Below are positions 31,311-42,400 of a DNA stretch of 50,438 bases, piece after piece. Within the stretch, counting starts at the first letter, position 1, and each line of letters begins with the position of its first letter. The notes below the pieces were generated by a model, which saw only the letters and a program-made list of their open reading frames with translations, ran no database searches and was not told the origin of the DNA. Source of the stretch: an uncultured archaeon. Lineage in GTDB: Archaea > Asgardarchaeota > Heimdallarchaeia > Heimdallarchaeales > Heimdallarchaeaceae. A program made the translations under genes and the position numbers. The DNA is taken from the NCBI GenBank assembly GCA_964534625.1, contig CAZHRF010000020.1, positions 1-50,438 on the forward strand, written 5' to 3'.

Positions 31311-34300
31311 TTAGTTGCATGGTCCTCCTGCTTTATGATAATATGGACAAGTTTGACATTTTCCATAGGTTGAACAAGATTTACCTTCTATCAGGTAGTC
31401 AAACCCTTTTTTTGGTATAATTTTAGTGTTTTTTAATAGAGCCTTTTCTACTTCCTTTGTAAATTGTTTCAAGTCAATATCTTTCTCTACTAGTTGTATG
31501 TTAGAGCTAATATAAACAACCTTGGTTTTGACATTTGCATATTGAGGATAGTTATTTGTAAACAGCCACTTATATGCTGCCATTTGATAATGGTACACTC
31601 TATCCAGATAGCTAGCTGCGGGTGGAGGAGTACCTGTCTTGTAATCTATCAAGATCCATTCATCAGATTCAGTTTGAAAGAATAGGTCTATATTTCCAAC
31701 AATTATGGAAGAGAGATTTTCTTTTCCTACATCCATCCCCGCATGTAGTTCAAGTTCACAGAAGAATTCACCTTTACGTTGGCTATAGAGACTTTTAATT
31801 GTAGGATTAGTTATATAGTCTTCTATAAGTTGGCTTATTCTTTGTTTGGCAGTCTCATCTTCTATCTCATGTAGAACTTCTTTTTTAATCCTCTCCATTT
31901 CTCCTTCCGCTTGTTCATTTAAACTAAGATGCACCCTTTCCAATATTCTATGTACAATTGTTCCCCATTCTGCCGCTGACATTCCATCTGGTGGATTTGC
32001 TCCTGGAGGGAGATTCTTGAAGTATGGTTGTAATAATTGTGAGCTATCTACTAGATTTAATGTTGAATACGCATATCTTCGTGGACAGGATATAAGATCA
32101 TAAATATGTTTTGCACTCAGAGTTATAGGGGAATAATTAGCATAGTTTAAAGCATCAATTACTGGGGGTAGTGGAGGTTCCTTTTCTTTTATTTCCATCT
32201 CTTTGAAACTCACTTTTTGGGGTATATGCGATTTGAATGGTTCAACATAGAAGTTTATTTTTATCTTCAAGTCTTCTTCTAACTGGACTTCTTTCCCGTA
32301 GAAATTTTGTGTTGGCATACTCTCCGGTAGTTTTTCTTTTATCATTTCATTGAATACCATTAACCATTCAGTTTCCGAACTGGATCTATTCACAGGTAAA
32401 TGAAGAACAAGATGATCTCTAGCTCTTGTCATAGCGACATATAGTATCCTCCAGTTTTCTGCTATCTCTTTTTTTAATATATTATTAACTGGACTATGAA
32501 ATCGGAAATAGCCATTATCCCGTGCTCTACTTAACCAGAACACCCCACCTGACCAGAAACTTTTAGGAAACAATCTTCCATCGCTTGGACCATGGAGATC
32601 TTTTTCATAATTCTTATCCCAGGATGTTTCAACAAAGAAGGGCTTAATATAACAGCCCATTTCTCGATCTAGAACAATCTTTCGTGAGCTAGGGGAATAA
32701 ATGATATCCGCGTTAAACAACTCTGGAATGATAACAACTGGAAATTCTAGACCTTTACTCTTGTGTATAGTCATCAATTTTACTCGTTCTTTTGATTTGA
32801 AATCCCCTAGTTTTTTAACTGTGTAATCCTTTTTATTTTTTAAGCTTCTTTCTCGTAATTTTTTGAGTTTAGTAACAAATTTTCTATAAGAGAGAAGGTC
32901 TTCTTCTTCCCATTCTTTTACTATCTCAACCAGTAACTGAATGTTACCATATCTTTCTAGGGGGTGGTCGTGACTGGTTAAAAGAATAACATCTAACGCC
33001 CCATGATCAACTATTTTTTGAATAAGAACGGATTTTTCTCCTTCTCTATCCCACCTGAGGTCGTCTCGGAGGCGTACTAACGCACGTAACCTATCAAGGT
33101 CTCCGGTCTGGTTAAGCTCTTTTTCTAATTTATCATCTAGTTTGTCTAAAGCAGTAGACAAATCAAAGTCTTTAGAAGATAAATAACGGAGAGTTTGGTC
33201 AGAAAGCGAAATAAGAGGCGAACGCAAGATGTGAAGTAAGGAAAATTTATTATGCGGATTTGAAAACCAGTCCATTACATCCACCATCAGCTGTATCTCA
33301 GGTTGGTCAAACAATGTATCATCAGATATAACAGAATAGGGTATCCCATATACGTTTAATTTTTCAGCAAATAATGGAATGTGCTTTTTATATCTAAATA
33401 GTAAAGTAAAATCACCTGCTAAAGGGTTACGATAGGGAGAACTAGAATTATCAGCACCAGCAGATTCATCTTCTATCCTTAGGGGGATATCCCCATTCAA
33501 AGCATCGTTTATGAATTGTGCAACTTTGAGAGCTTCAGTTTCTCTCATCTCCTTTTTCTTCATTTTTTCAGTAGATAAGAGAAGATGGATATTACTGCTA
33601 GTATCTTCGGTGCAAGAGCTTTGTCTATAAGGTTCCAGAGGTATATATTCAATATTGGTATTAGAGATATTTCCTCTAAAATCACAATCAAAGATAGATT
33701 TAAACAAGTAATTAACCAAGTGGATAATATCAGATTTAGATCTAAAATTGGTTTTAAGAGGTAAATGAGTAGCTTGTTGAATGTCAAAAGCTAGGTCAGA
33801 GTATTGACCGTTTTTAGCTGCTGAGATAATATCAGCAAAGATTTCGGGTTCAGCTGATCGCCATTCATAAATAGACTGTTTAACATCTCCAATAGTTGAT
33901 ATACTATTGAAAGAAGAATCTTTAGCATCTCCAGCTTCGTTATCCTGTTCCTTTCCTTTATTCTCATTATTTACAAATTGATTCAAAATTGAACATTGCA
34001 CAAAACTTGTATCTTGAAATTCGTCAATGAGAATGTAATCAAATTGATTTCTTAGGTGACAACGTAATAGATCAGAATCTTTATCTTCAAGGTAAGAATA
34101 CAGCAAGAAACAGACATCAAGGAAGGTCAAAGTACCTGTCGATTTGATTTTTTCATCGTATAGTTCGCTATATTCTTGTGCTATCCTAGCTATATTTTCA
34201 TACCCTTGAACCATCTGGTAATAAGCTTGTTCCATACTTTCTTTTAGAATATCCTTTTTTTCTTGTGGATAAGCTAGCATATCACTTTCATTATCTTTGT

Positions 34301-35162
34301 TGGTTAAATTAGTTATAATCGTTATAATCTCATCATAGGAAAGGGGAGGTTCATAATCTGAATAGTAAGACCTTACAGCATTTAACAAAATATTGGCATA
34401 AGAAGAAGGTTTCCATGCAAACTCTCGTGCTTTATCATGTAACTTTTCAACTAACTCAAATAAATAACTATTATAGTCATTATAATAATCTTCAGGAAAA
34501 ACTTCTTCTAGCCCAGAGATAACACTTTTCAAGTTGTTATTTTCATAAATTTCAGTAATTATCTCTTCTTTCATAGTATCAATATCAAGCAAAGGAGCAA
34601 TCTCAAACAAAGGATTAAGGTCAATATCTAATGCCACTTCTTTGAGCATGTCTATGAAATAGGAATCGATCGTCTGAATATTGGAAGCTGTACTTAACCA
34701 CCGATAAACATTATCGATTTTAGACGGTGTTAGACCTAAGAGGTGAAGGAGTTGAGTATCATTAAAATAGTCTTGTTTTAATACGCGTTTAAGTCTTGTT
34801 GAGAACTGTTTAGCTGCATCTCGACCGAAAGTTAACACCAATATTTTCTCAAAAGGATTAGAATCAGGTTCAGAAGCCAGTTCAATTACCACTATATTCG
34901 CAAGAATATCAATTAAAGTAGTAGTTTTACCTGTACCTGCTCCTGAATCAACTATAACACGACCAGTAGAATCGAAAAGAAAAGAAGAAACTACGTCTTT
35001 CTGGTCCTGAGATAAGTGGGAGTTGTCAATTCTATTTTCGAGATAATGAATGATTTGAGAGGATAGAGTGGAATTGCCATTCGTAATGGTATGTAAAGTC
35101 TTATTGTCATCCGTATTATTGTCATTATTTTTACTTGTATCAGTATTTGTTTCTTTCTTCAT
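31311..35162 (-). CDS. AddA/AdnB-like SF1 (UvrD) helicase with C-terminal RecB-type nuclease and Fe-S staple cysteines
   Basis: SGAGTGKT, IDEFQDTS, GDVKQSIYEWR, NFRS, TIHKSKGLEF, LYVAMTRAR, GNIDL...IDYKTG, YQMAAY; CPRR and CQTC..C. Confidence 0.9.
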   Translation of the reverse strand: MKKETNTDTSKNNDNNTDDNKTLHTITNGNSTLSSQIIHYLENRIDNSHLSQDQKDVVSSFLFDSTGRVIVDSGAGTGKTTTLIDILANIVVIELASEPDSNPFEKILVLTFGRDAAKQFSTRLKRVLKQDYFNDTQLLHLLGLTPSKIDNVYRWLSTASNIQTIDSYFIDMLKEVALDIDLNPLFEIAPLLDIDTMKEEIITEIYENNNLKSVISGLEEVFPEDYYNDYNSYLFELVEKLHDKAREFAWKPSSYANILLNAVRSYYSDYEPPLSYDEIITIITNLTNKDNESDMLAYPQEKKDILKESMEQAYYQMVQGYENIARIAQEYSELYDEKIKSTGTLTFLDVCFLLYSYLEDKDSDLLRCHLRNQFDYILIDEFQDTSFVQCSILNQFVNNENKGKEQDNEAGDAKDSSFNSISTIGDVKQSIYEWRSAEPEIFADIISAAKNGQYSDLAFDIQQATHLPLKTNFRSKSDIIHLVNYLFKSIFDCDFRGNISNTNIEYIPLEPYRQSSCTEDTSSNIHLLLSTEKMKKKEMRETEALKVAQFINDALNGDIPLRIEDESAGADNSSSPYRNPLAGDFTLLFRYKKHIPLFAEKLNVYGIPYSVISDDTLFDQPEIQLMVDVMDWFSNPHNKFSLLHILRSPLISLSDQTLRYLSSKDFDLSTALDKLDDKLEKELNQTGDLDRLRALVRLRDDLRWDREGEKSVLIQKIVDHGALDVILLTSHDHPLERYGNIQLLVEIVKEWEEEDLLSYRKFVTKLKKLRERSLKNKKDYTVKKLGDFKSKERVKLMTIHKSKGLEFPVVIIPELFNADIIYSPSSRKIVLDREMGCYIKPFFVETSWDKNYEKDLHGPSDGRLFPKSFWSGGVFWLSRARDNGYFRFHSPVNNILKKEIAENWRILYVAMTRARDHLVLHLPVNRSSSETEWLMVFNEMIKEKLPESMPTQNFYGKEVQLEEDLKIKINFYVEPFKSHIPQKVSFKEMEIKEKEPPLPPVIDALNYANYSPITLSAKHIYDLISCPRRYAYSTLNLVDSSQLLQPYFKNLPPGANPPDGMSAAEWGTIVHRILERVHLSLNEQAEGEMERIKKEVLHEIEDETAKQRISQLIEDYITNPTIKSLYSQRKGEFFCELELHAGMDVGKENLSSIIVGNIDLFFQTESDEWILIDYKTGTPPPAASYLDRVYHYQMAAYKWLFTNNYPQYANVKTKVVYISSNIQLVEKDIDLKQFTKEVEKALLKNTKIIPKKGFDYLIEGKSCSTYGKCQTCPYYHKAGGPCN

Positions 35163-35167
35163 TCTTT

Positions 35168-38100
35168 TTACCTCCTTTGAACCTCCACTTGATAATCATA
35201 GGGCAAACACAACCGCCTATAAACACAATTTTTACATTTATCAGCATCAAGTTGTTCAATAGTAAAGACCCCAGCTTTGATTTGCGTGGAAATTTTTTCT
35301 ACTAATTGTTCCAATTGTTCCTTTACAAGTGATTGAAATTGTTGGTAAAGACTATCATCTAAAATAAAGGGATCTCGTTCATCTTTTGATTTTCTAGCGC
35401 GAGCAGGACGTGGATCATTCCATACCTCTTCTGGATAGGTAGAGAAAAGGCCATTAAGAGCTTGGTGAGCGCTTTCAAAATAAATTCCATGAGTTGTTCC
35501 TTGGAAGGGTTCAATATATTCTATGCCTAACAAGGATTTTAAATCATATTTGAGAGTAGCTAACAGAAGTCTAATATCGAAAAAGGGTTTTTTATCTTTA
35601 TGAGAATACAAGCGTATCAAACTCGATAATTTTCTAGAAACAGCAGGCATGAAAACGGGTAAAACATAGTTAAAGGATTCATCACTTTTATCAAGAGAAA
35701 CAATATCTTTTCGATGTTCAGGCAAGTAAGCTTCAATAGAAGAGGTTTCTGAAAGCAGAATTTTACTTTGGTCTTGGACAGTCCAGGTCCTGTTAATACC
35801 TTCTTGTTGTTCTGAAGCTATTTTGTTTAATTCGTGTGATAGAGAACGCCAATAGAAATTAAGATAGAAAGAATTGTTTAACGCACTACGAACATAATTA
35901 TAAGTTAGTTTGTAACTATCAGCTTGTCTATCAAAAAGATCTCTTATAATTTTATGATAGTCTTTGACCATCTTTTTAACTCTAAAACGTTTCCTAACAA
36001 TGTCAGGAACAATTCCAAAACGATAATGGGGGGTCTTATAATTAACAAAAGAGGGTAAATCTCGAGTGATTTTGTCTTCATCATGCCAATTAAAATAAAA
36101 ATTATAGAAATAATACTGTAAAGGACAGTTGCGGATCAAGGCTAATTCATGAACACGATAGGGAGAAGCAATAATTTTAGTCAAAAGAGGTTCTGTAAGA
36201 TAATGGGCATTAGGACAAGCAATAATAGAGTTAATATGAGTATGAAATCTCTCCATCCTGTCTTCCACTTCAGTTGTCTGAATATAATCCTCAGCATATT
36301 GAGCTATAAGCTTAAACTGTTCTTCAGTTACTTCAGGAGGAAGATTACTATTAGGTCGGTGTTTAGCCCAATTATATACTTGTAAAATCTCTTTCTTAGA
36401 AAGATAAGGTAAAACATTTTCTAGAGGTGTTCCGTCCTCAAGATAAAGAAACTCTGAGGAGGGAGAGATAATATTGTCCTGGGAGGGATCAGATAGATAT
36501 TCATCAATAAAACATGACCACTCTATTCTTCGCCCTTCTGTATTTAGATAGGTCCTAAAGAAATGTACCTCTGTTGTAGCACTATTAACAGCTGTAGCAA
36601 AAAAGGCTTTTTCAGCTATATAATCATTTTCAGGATTAACAAGGAAAAGAAAAGGATTATGAGGATCAGCTTGTCTAAAAGAAGGATCGTAAATATTAAC
36701 TTCTTTACGTAAATAGGTGTTGAGAAAGAATGTATCAGGGAATTTGCGGGGAAATTCATCGTTCTGAACACCAAGTAAGAAAAGATAGTCATACTCACGA
36801 TAGAAAATGTTAGCAGCTTCAACAAAAAGAATAGAATTTCTATCAGTATGGTGGGTACCAAAAGATTCTCCACCCACCACCTCACCAATAACTCTAGAAA
36901 TGTCTTCCCAAGATAAAGGAGCCTTTTGTTTGTTTTGTAAATAACTCAAGAAATGTTTGATTTTAGAAACATTCTGTAAAACAATGTTAGCTTTACGAGT
37001 AGGATGTAGTTTGAAATGTTTGAAACGCTCATTTTGAATGGCAGGACCACTAATAGAACGAATAGGGGTCTTACGAGTATGCCTAATATTGTCAGTAAGA
37101 AGCTTCCTTAAGAAAGAAACATAAAAGTCAGGAGAGCGATCAGATGAAAAAGCAACACCTTCTAACCAATTAAGATAGTCACCAAGAACGTTGAAAGAAA
37201 AATTGTTATACCTTTGAGCTTGATGTTTCCAGAAGGAAAGATCTAAATCAGAAGGAGCATTTACATATTCTTCCATTCGAGATAATTTTTCTTCAAGATA
37301 GAGGAAAGCCCTGTCACTTACTGGAAAAGCATTGAAGTAAGAAGTACAAGATGAAGGGAGACACAAACCCAAACGTAGAGGGTCTATCAAATCCTCATAA
37401 TGCAACGGTTCTTTTTGTTCTATCTTAGCTAATAAATCGGCTGTGGCTTTAATGAACCTATAAGAAGGAGTGTAAGCTAGAGGATTTCGCGCTTCAATAG
37501 AGAAAGGGATACCATATGCACCGAAAATATTCTCAATAGAAGATTTATATTTAGAAATAGTACGGGCAGCAACTATAATTCGAGAAGGGTCAACATTCTT
37601 AGTAAAAATTAGAGCTCTGATAATGAGAGAGAGTTTCTTGACCTCACGGTTCATATCAGGAGCTGAATGGAAGAAATAATCTGGAGAATGAGCGCCATAA
37701 CCATTTAATGGAGATGGAAGAGAATGTTTGTCTTCAAAGGAAGAATCTGAATGGTTGAAAGCGCGTAAAGATGTATGAAAGTTAGTGTTATAATCAAGAT
37801 GTAAAGAATCAAATATGAGCTTAAGACGATCCAAAATCCCTTCGGGCCCGAAAATGAACAAGTTAACATCAGCTAAATTCTCAACCAAAGTTTTAATGAG
37901 TCTAAGAAAAATAGAATCGTAAACAGTAAAAGCATCAATAAAAATATTCTTAGCATTAGGAAAGACACGGTCCCATAACTTTTGACCTTCAGAAGAGAAG
38001 AGGGTAGCAACATCACCAGTAAGACTGGTAATAGAAAAATATCTTTTAACACTTAAAGAAGATAAATGCCGGGTGATAAGGTCATCAAGCTCTTTGAAAA

Positions 38101-38614
38101 TTTCTAAGATAGTTGAAGAACGCTCTTGCCAATAAGAGCTGGGGATAAAAGAGGTAACAGCAAGTAATTGAGAATATAATCGAGAGCAATCACAAGAACG
38201 TAAATATTCATTATATTCTTCAATAAAAACAGTAAGAATATCATCATTATCAAGATCTAACTTAGAGAGTAAAGACTGGAAAGAATCAGAAACAAATACT
38301 CTTCCGTCAATGATGTCAGTAAATAAGTCGCTGATTATCTCTAGTTGAAAATCCTCACCAAGAACATAGAAGGGTTGAGAACGATAGACTGACATTACTT
38401 TATGTAAAAATTGGTCCAAAGTTAATAAATCAAGTTCGGAACTGAGATTAGGAATTTTAGTAGAAAGATCCATTTTGAGGTTAGTACGAAGAATAAAACC
38501 AGGAAGAATACAAATAGAACTAGTATCATTAATGGGTTCATTGTTCTTGTTACCAGAATAAACAGTTTCAAGATAATATTTCAGATTTTGTGATAATATA
38601 TGTAAATTAGACAT
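35168..38614 (-). CDS. AddB-like partner: inactive helicase fold plus degenerate nuclease with Fe-S cysteines
   Basis: RIIVAAR...YGIPF, LFLLGVQNDEFP, CPLQYYF, CKNCVYRRLC. Ends 5 nt upstream of the AddA-like gene. Confidence 0.8.
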   Translation of the reverse strand: MSNLHILSQNLKYYLETVYSGNKNNEPINDTSSICILPGFILRTNLKMDLSTKIPNLSSELDLLTLDQFLHKVMSVYRSQPFYVLGEDFQLEIISDLFTDIIDGRVFVSDSFQSLLSKLDLDNDDILTVFIEEYNEYLRSCDCSRLYSQLLAVTSFIPSSYWQERSSTILEIFKELDDLITRHLSSLSVKRYFSITSLTGDVATLFSSEGQKLWDRVFPNAKNIFIDAFTVYDSIFLRLIKTLVENLADVNLFIFGPEGILDRLKLIFDSLHLDYNTNFHTSLRAFNHSDSSFEDKHSLPSPLNGYGAHSPDYFFHSAPDMNREVKKLSLIIRALIFTKNVDPSRIIVAARTISKYKSSIENIFGAYGIPFSIEARNPLAYTPSYRFIKATADLLAKIEQKEPLHYEDLIDPLRLGLCLPSSCTSYFNAFPVSDRAFLYLEEKLSRMEEYVNAPSDLDLSFWKHQAQRYNNFSFNVLGDYLNWLEGVAFSSDRSPDFYVSFLRKLLTDNIRHTRKTPIRSISGPAIQNERFKHFKLHPTRKANIVLQNVSKIKHFLSYLQNKQKAPLSWEDISRVIGEVVGGESFGTHHTDRNSILFVEAANIFYREYDYLFLLGVQNDEFPRKFPDTFFLNTYLRKEVNIYDPSFRQADPHNPFLFLVNPENDYIAEKAFFATAVNSATTEVHFFRTYLNTEGRRIEWSCFIDEYLSDPSQDNIISPSSEFLYLEDGTPLENVLPYLSKKEILQVYNWAKHRPNSNLPPEVTEEQFKLIAQYAEDYIQTTEVEDRMERFHTHINSIIACPNAHYLTEPLLTKIIASPYRVHELALIRNCPLQYYFYNFYFNWHDEDKITRDLPSFVNYKTPHYRFGIVPDIVRKRFRVKKMVKDYHKIIRDLFDRQADSYKLTYNYVRSALNNSFYLNFYWRSLSHELNKIASEQQEGINRTWTVQDQSKILLSETSSIEAYLPEHRKDIVSLDKSDESFNYVLPVFMPAVSRKLSSLIRLYSHKDKKPFFDIRLLLATLKYDLKSLLGIEYIEPFQGTTHGIYFESAHQALNGLFSTYPEEVWNDPRPARARKSKDERDPFILDDSLYQQFQSLVKEQLEQLVEKISTQIKAGVFTIEQLDADKCKNCVYRRLCLPYDYQVEVQRR

Positions 38615-38865
38615 ATGAGTTCATCCAACATCTATGGTGTTCAAGCTTTATAAAGGTAGAAAGTAAACAAACTCCCTTCTTAATAAGATATATAATTAGA
38701 TAATAGATAACTATTAAAGAGTTGCTAAAGCTGAAATGAATAAATAAAAGTAAAAGAACCTTACTTAATCTTCGTCATGAAGAGTTTTTTTCTTACTCAT
38801 TTGTTCACTTTTCTTCCTCCATAGAAGAAAAAAAGATTCAAGACATAACCGCAGTTATCTCCGAG

Positions 38866-39273
38866 TTGATTACTGAAGGTGGGTTTACCAAACCAGTTAA
38901 ACTACTGACTTCTATTCCCGGTATAGGCAAACTAACAGCGATTACAGTCATTGCCGAATATGGGACAGTAAAAAGATTCGATACGGGAAAAGCAGCTGCA
39001 GCAAGTTGTGGGTTAACTCCCCGTCTGAAAGGCTCAGGAGGGAAAACAAGAGGAGGACATATCACAAAACATGGACCCAGTAATGTCCGACGTGTGCTCT
39101 ACATAGCCGCAAAAAACATTATCCGGTGTTCCGATAAATACCAATCTATCTTTACACGAATAAAAGAACGTCGTGGTGGGAAAATTGCACTTGTTACAAT
39201 TGCACGTAAACTTGCGGAACTCTGTTGGCTCTTGTGGTCAAGAGATATAGTCTACTGTGAACAAAGTTACTAA
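38866..39273 (+). mobile_element. IS110-family transposase, C-terminal (Transposase_20) fragment
   Basis: LLTSIPGIG...A...AEYG...RF...CGLTP...SGGK...ITKHG...R..LY..A...IARKL. DEDD domain absent. Confidence 0.85.
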
Positions 39274-39407
39274 TCCCCTCTATTGAGTAATCCCTTAAAG
39301 GTGCTTAATACTCACACATCCATTTTAGTGGAGACTCTCGTTGTTAGAAAGTGTTTACGGAGATATGAAAAAAAGTTAAAAGTAAAAGAAGGAAAGAATT
39401 GAATACT

Positions 39408-42400
39408 TTATTGTTTCTTTTTAAAACTAAATTTGTGTACTACTAAACTAATAATAGTCAGTGATAGAGTAAATAGGAGGAGAGAGATAAACGAAGATTC
39501 CTCAACTTCATCTGTATCGTCATCGATAAGATCATCTGGGTCATCATCAGGATCATCAATTGTTGGATTAACCATAAAGGACTCTGTCTCACTTTCTGCT
39601 TTATTATCAGTTGTATCAGAAGCAGAAATATAGAAATCAATTGTAGAATTACCCTCAAATGAACCTATGATAGAGGAATAGGTACATCCATCGCCACTCA
39701 TAGTTGTTGTATGCCAGTCTCCACCATTAATGCGGTAATAAAGAAGAACAGTAGAAATGAAAATATTATCGGTGACAGTAGCACTAATAGTTACTAGATC
39801 TTGATCAGTAGGTGAAACAGGAGTATATTCAATATTAGTAATAATAGGTTCAAGAGTATCAATAAATGGTTCATCTAAAGGGTAAGGATCGTCTACACTC
39901 CACCAATAGTCATATTCATCATCTATATAATAAGAACCGTCACCTATCCAATCGGACCAATAATTCCCCTTGTTTACTTCTTTATTGTACCACTGATTGA
40001 CTGTTCCATTATCATATGCTTGCGAAGATCTTCCACCATTAATGATGAAATTATTGAAAAATATTTTGTTGGTTTCACCCGAATAAATGTATAGACCATA
40101 CCAAATGTTGTTTTGAACTGTGTTACAAACAAATGTATTAAAGTCAGAATCTTTTAGATAAACACCATAATTAAGACCATTAGTCACATTGTTATTAGCA
40201 AAAATATTAGAATAAGAGTATCTTAGATAGATACCAGCCAAAAAATTATGTGATAAGGTGTTCTTAGTAACTACTGTAGAGCTGCTGTTTCTTAGATACA
40301 CTCCATAATAATTATTGCTAATATTGTTATCAGTTATCACAAGAGAGGTACAAGAAAAAGTGAATAATCCTATTGGGTTCCAAGCTAAATGTTGATTCCT
40401 TATAATACTATCCGCGCAATTGATGAGTATTAATTGACCATAAATAGGTTCAGTAATCTCTAAATTATTTTGATTAATAAACCATCCAAGTTCTTTGCCA
40501 TTAACAATATTATCCGTAACAATATAAGTTTCATAAGCTTCAACAGAAGTTTCACCTACATATAAACCACTATTGGTGAAAACATTATTAGATACTTTAG
40601 AATAACTAGAGTTTATCAAATCGATTCCAGCAAAAATATTATTGGATAAAATATTGTCGGTTATAATGAGAGAGGAAGAAACTATGGCGTATAAACCTAT
40701 GACTGTCCAACTCAAATTTTGATTGCTTATTATACTATGATTACAATTAATGAGTACCAATTGACCATAGATAGGATCCGTAAGTTCTAAATTATCTTGG
40801 TTAATAAACCATCCAAGTTCTTTGTTATTCACAATATTGTTAGTAACTGTATGCGTTTCATAAGCTGCAACAGTATTTTCAACAATGTATAAACCATTAT
40901 TAGTAAAAAAATTATCAGAAACAGTAGAATTACCAGATTCATATAACCATATACCCTCCATGGCATTAAATTCTAAACTGTTACTAGAAATAGTTGAATT
41001 ACTTGAATCTCGCATGTAAATTCCATTACTACCACTATTCTTGATAATGTTGTTGGAAATAATTGAACTATGTGAATCTATCAAGTAGATACCAGTCCAA
41101 TAATTTTCTTCTAGAGTATTATTTGTAATAAGATTAAAAGCAGATTCTTGTTCTAGATAGATACCATGATAGATGCTATTAAATACAATATTGTTAGAAA
41201 TAGTGTTAGAACTAGCTCTATTCAACCAAATACCCACAACATCGTTAGAAACCACAGTGTTATCTAATAGTGCAAAATTATTTGAGTTATACAAATAAAT
41301 GCCTGTCCAACTATTATTTGCTAATAAGTTATTCATCAGAATAATGCTATCTGAATTCCTTATGTATATACCATTACGACTATTATTATTCATTGAGTTA
41401 TTTACTATCTTAGAGCCTTCTGAAGTATCTAAATAGATCCCTTGACCATTTTCGTTATTTATAATCGTATTAGCAAATATAATGGACGAAGGTGAAGAGG
41501 TTAAATATAGTCCATGATCAAAATTATTCATAATTGTATTATTGAAAATAGTTAAATTATGATAGTTCCATGCATAGAACCCATCTCCTTTATTGTTTTC
41601 TATAGTATTATATGTGACATTAATATAAGTAGAACCCCCTATGCTTCCACTTAGATAGATCCCTTCATCATTGCCAGTTAAAGTATTGTTAGTAATAGTT
41701 ACATGGTCAGATGAAGATAAGTATATACTACGATAACCATTGTTTGAAACAATATTATAGGAAATAGTTGAATTATGATAGTTCCATGAATAGATACCGT
41801 CTCTATCATTGTTATCTATAGCATTATATGTAATCTTAAGATAAGCAGAACCACCTGTGCTTCCACTCATATAGATGCCCTCATAGTTATTAGTTATACT
41901 ATTGTTAGTAATAGTTACATGATCAGATGAAGATGAGTAAATACCGCGATAGCCGTTGTTTGAGACTATATTGTTGGATATAGTTGAATTATGATAGTTC
42001 CATGTATAGATGCCATGTCTTTCATTACCAGTTATACTATTATCTGTAACAAGTAGATTGGTAGAACCATAAGAACTTCCACTTAAATAAATGGCCTCAT
42101 AGTTGTTAGTTATACTATTATTAACGATGGTTATGTTATCAGATACAGATAAATAAATACCACGATAACTATTGTTTGCAACTTTGTTGTGAGCAATAGT
42201 CAAATTATGATAGTTCCATGTATAGATACCATATCGATCATTGTTTTTAATAGTATTAGATGTTATATTAAGATAGGCTGATTCAGGAGAACTACTACTC
42301 GCATATATAGCATTATAGTTGTCTATTAGAGTATTATTGAAAACTGTTGAATGTCCAGTTGAATAATAATAAATACCATAGTAGTTGTTTTTGATGACAT

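Noticed and set aside
31311-31700. Cas4-like nuclease with Fe-S cysteines suggesting CRISPR adaptation
   Set aside because: It is the fused C-terminal domain of the AddA-like helicase; no cas1 or array is present.
41555-42220. Regularly spaced 18-bp repeats resembling a CRISPR array
   Set aside because: The 216-bp period is in frame within a CDS, the intervening sequences are homologous, and no cas genes are present.
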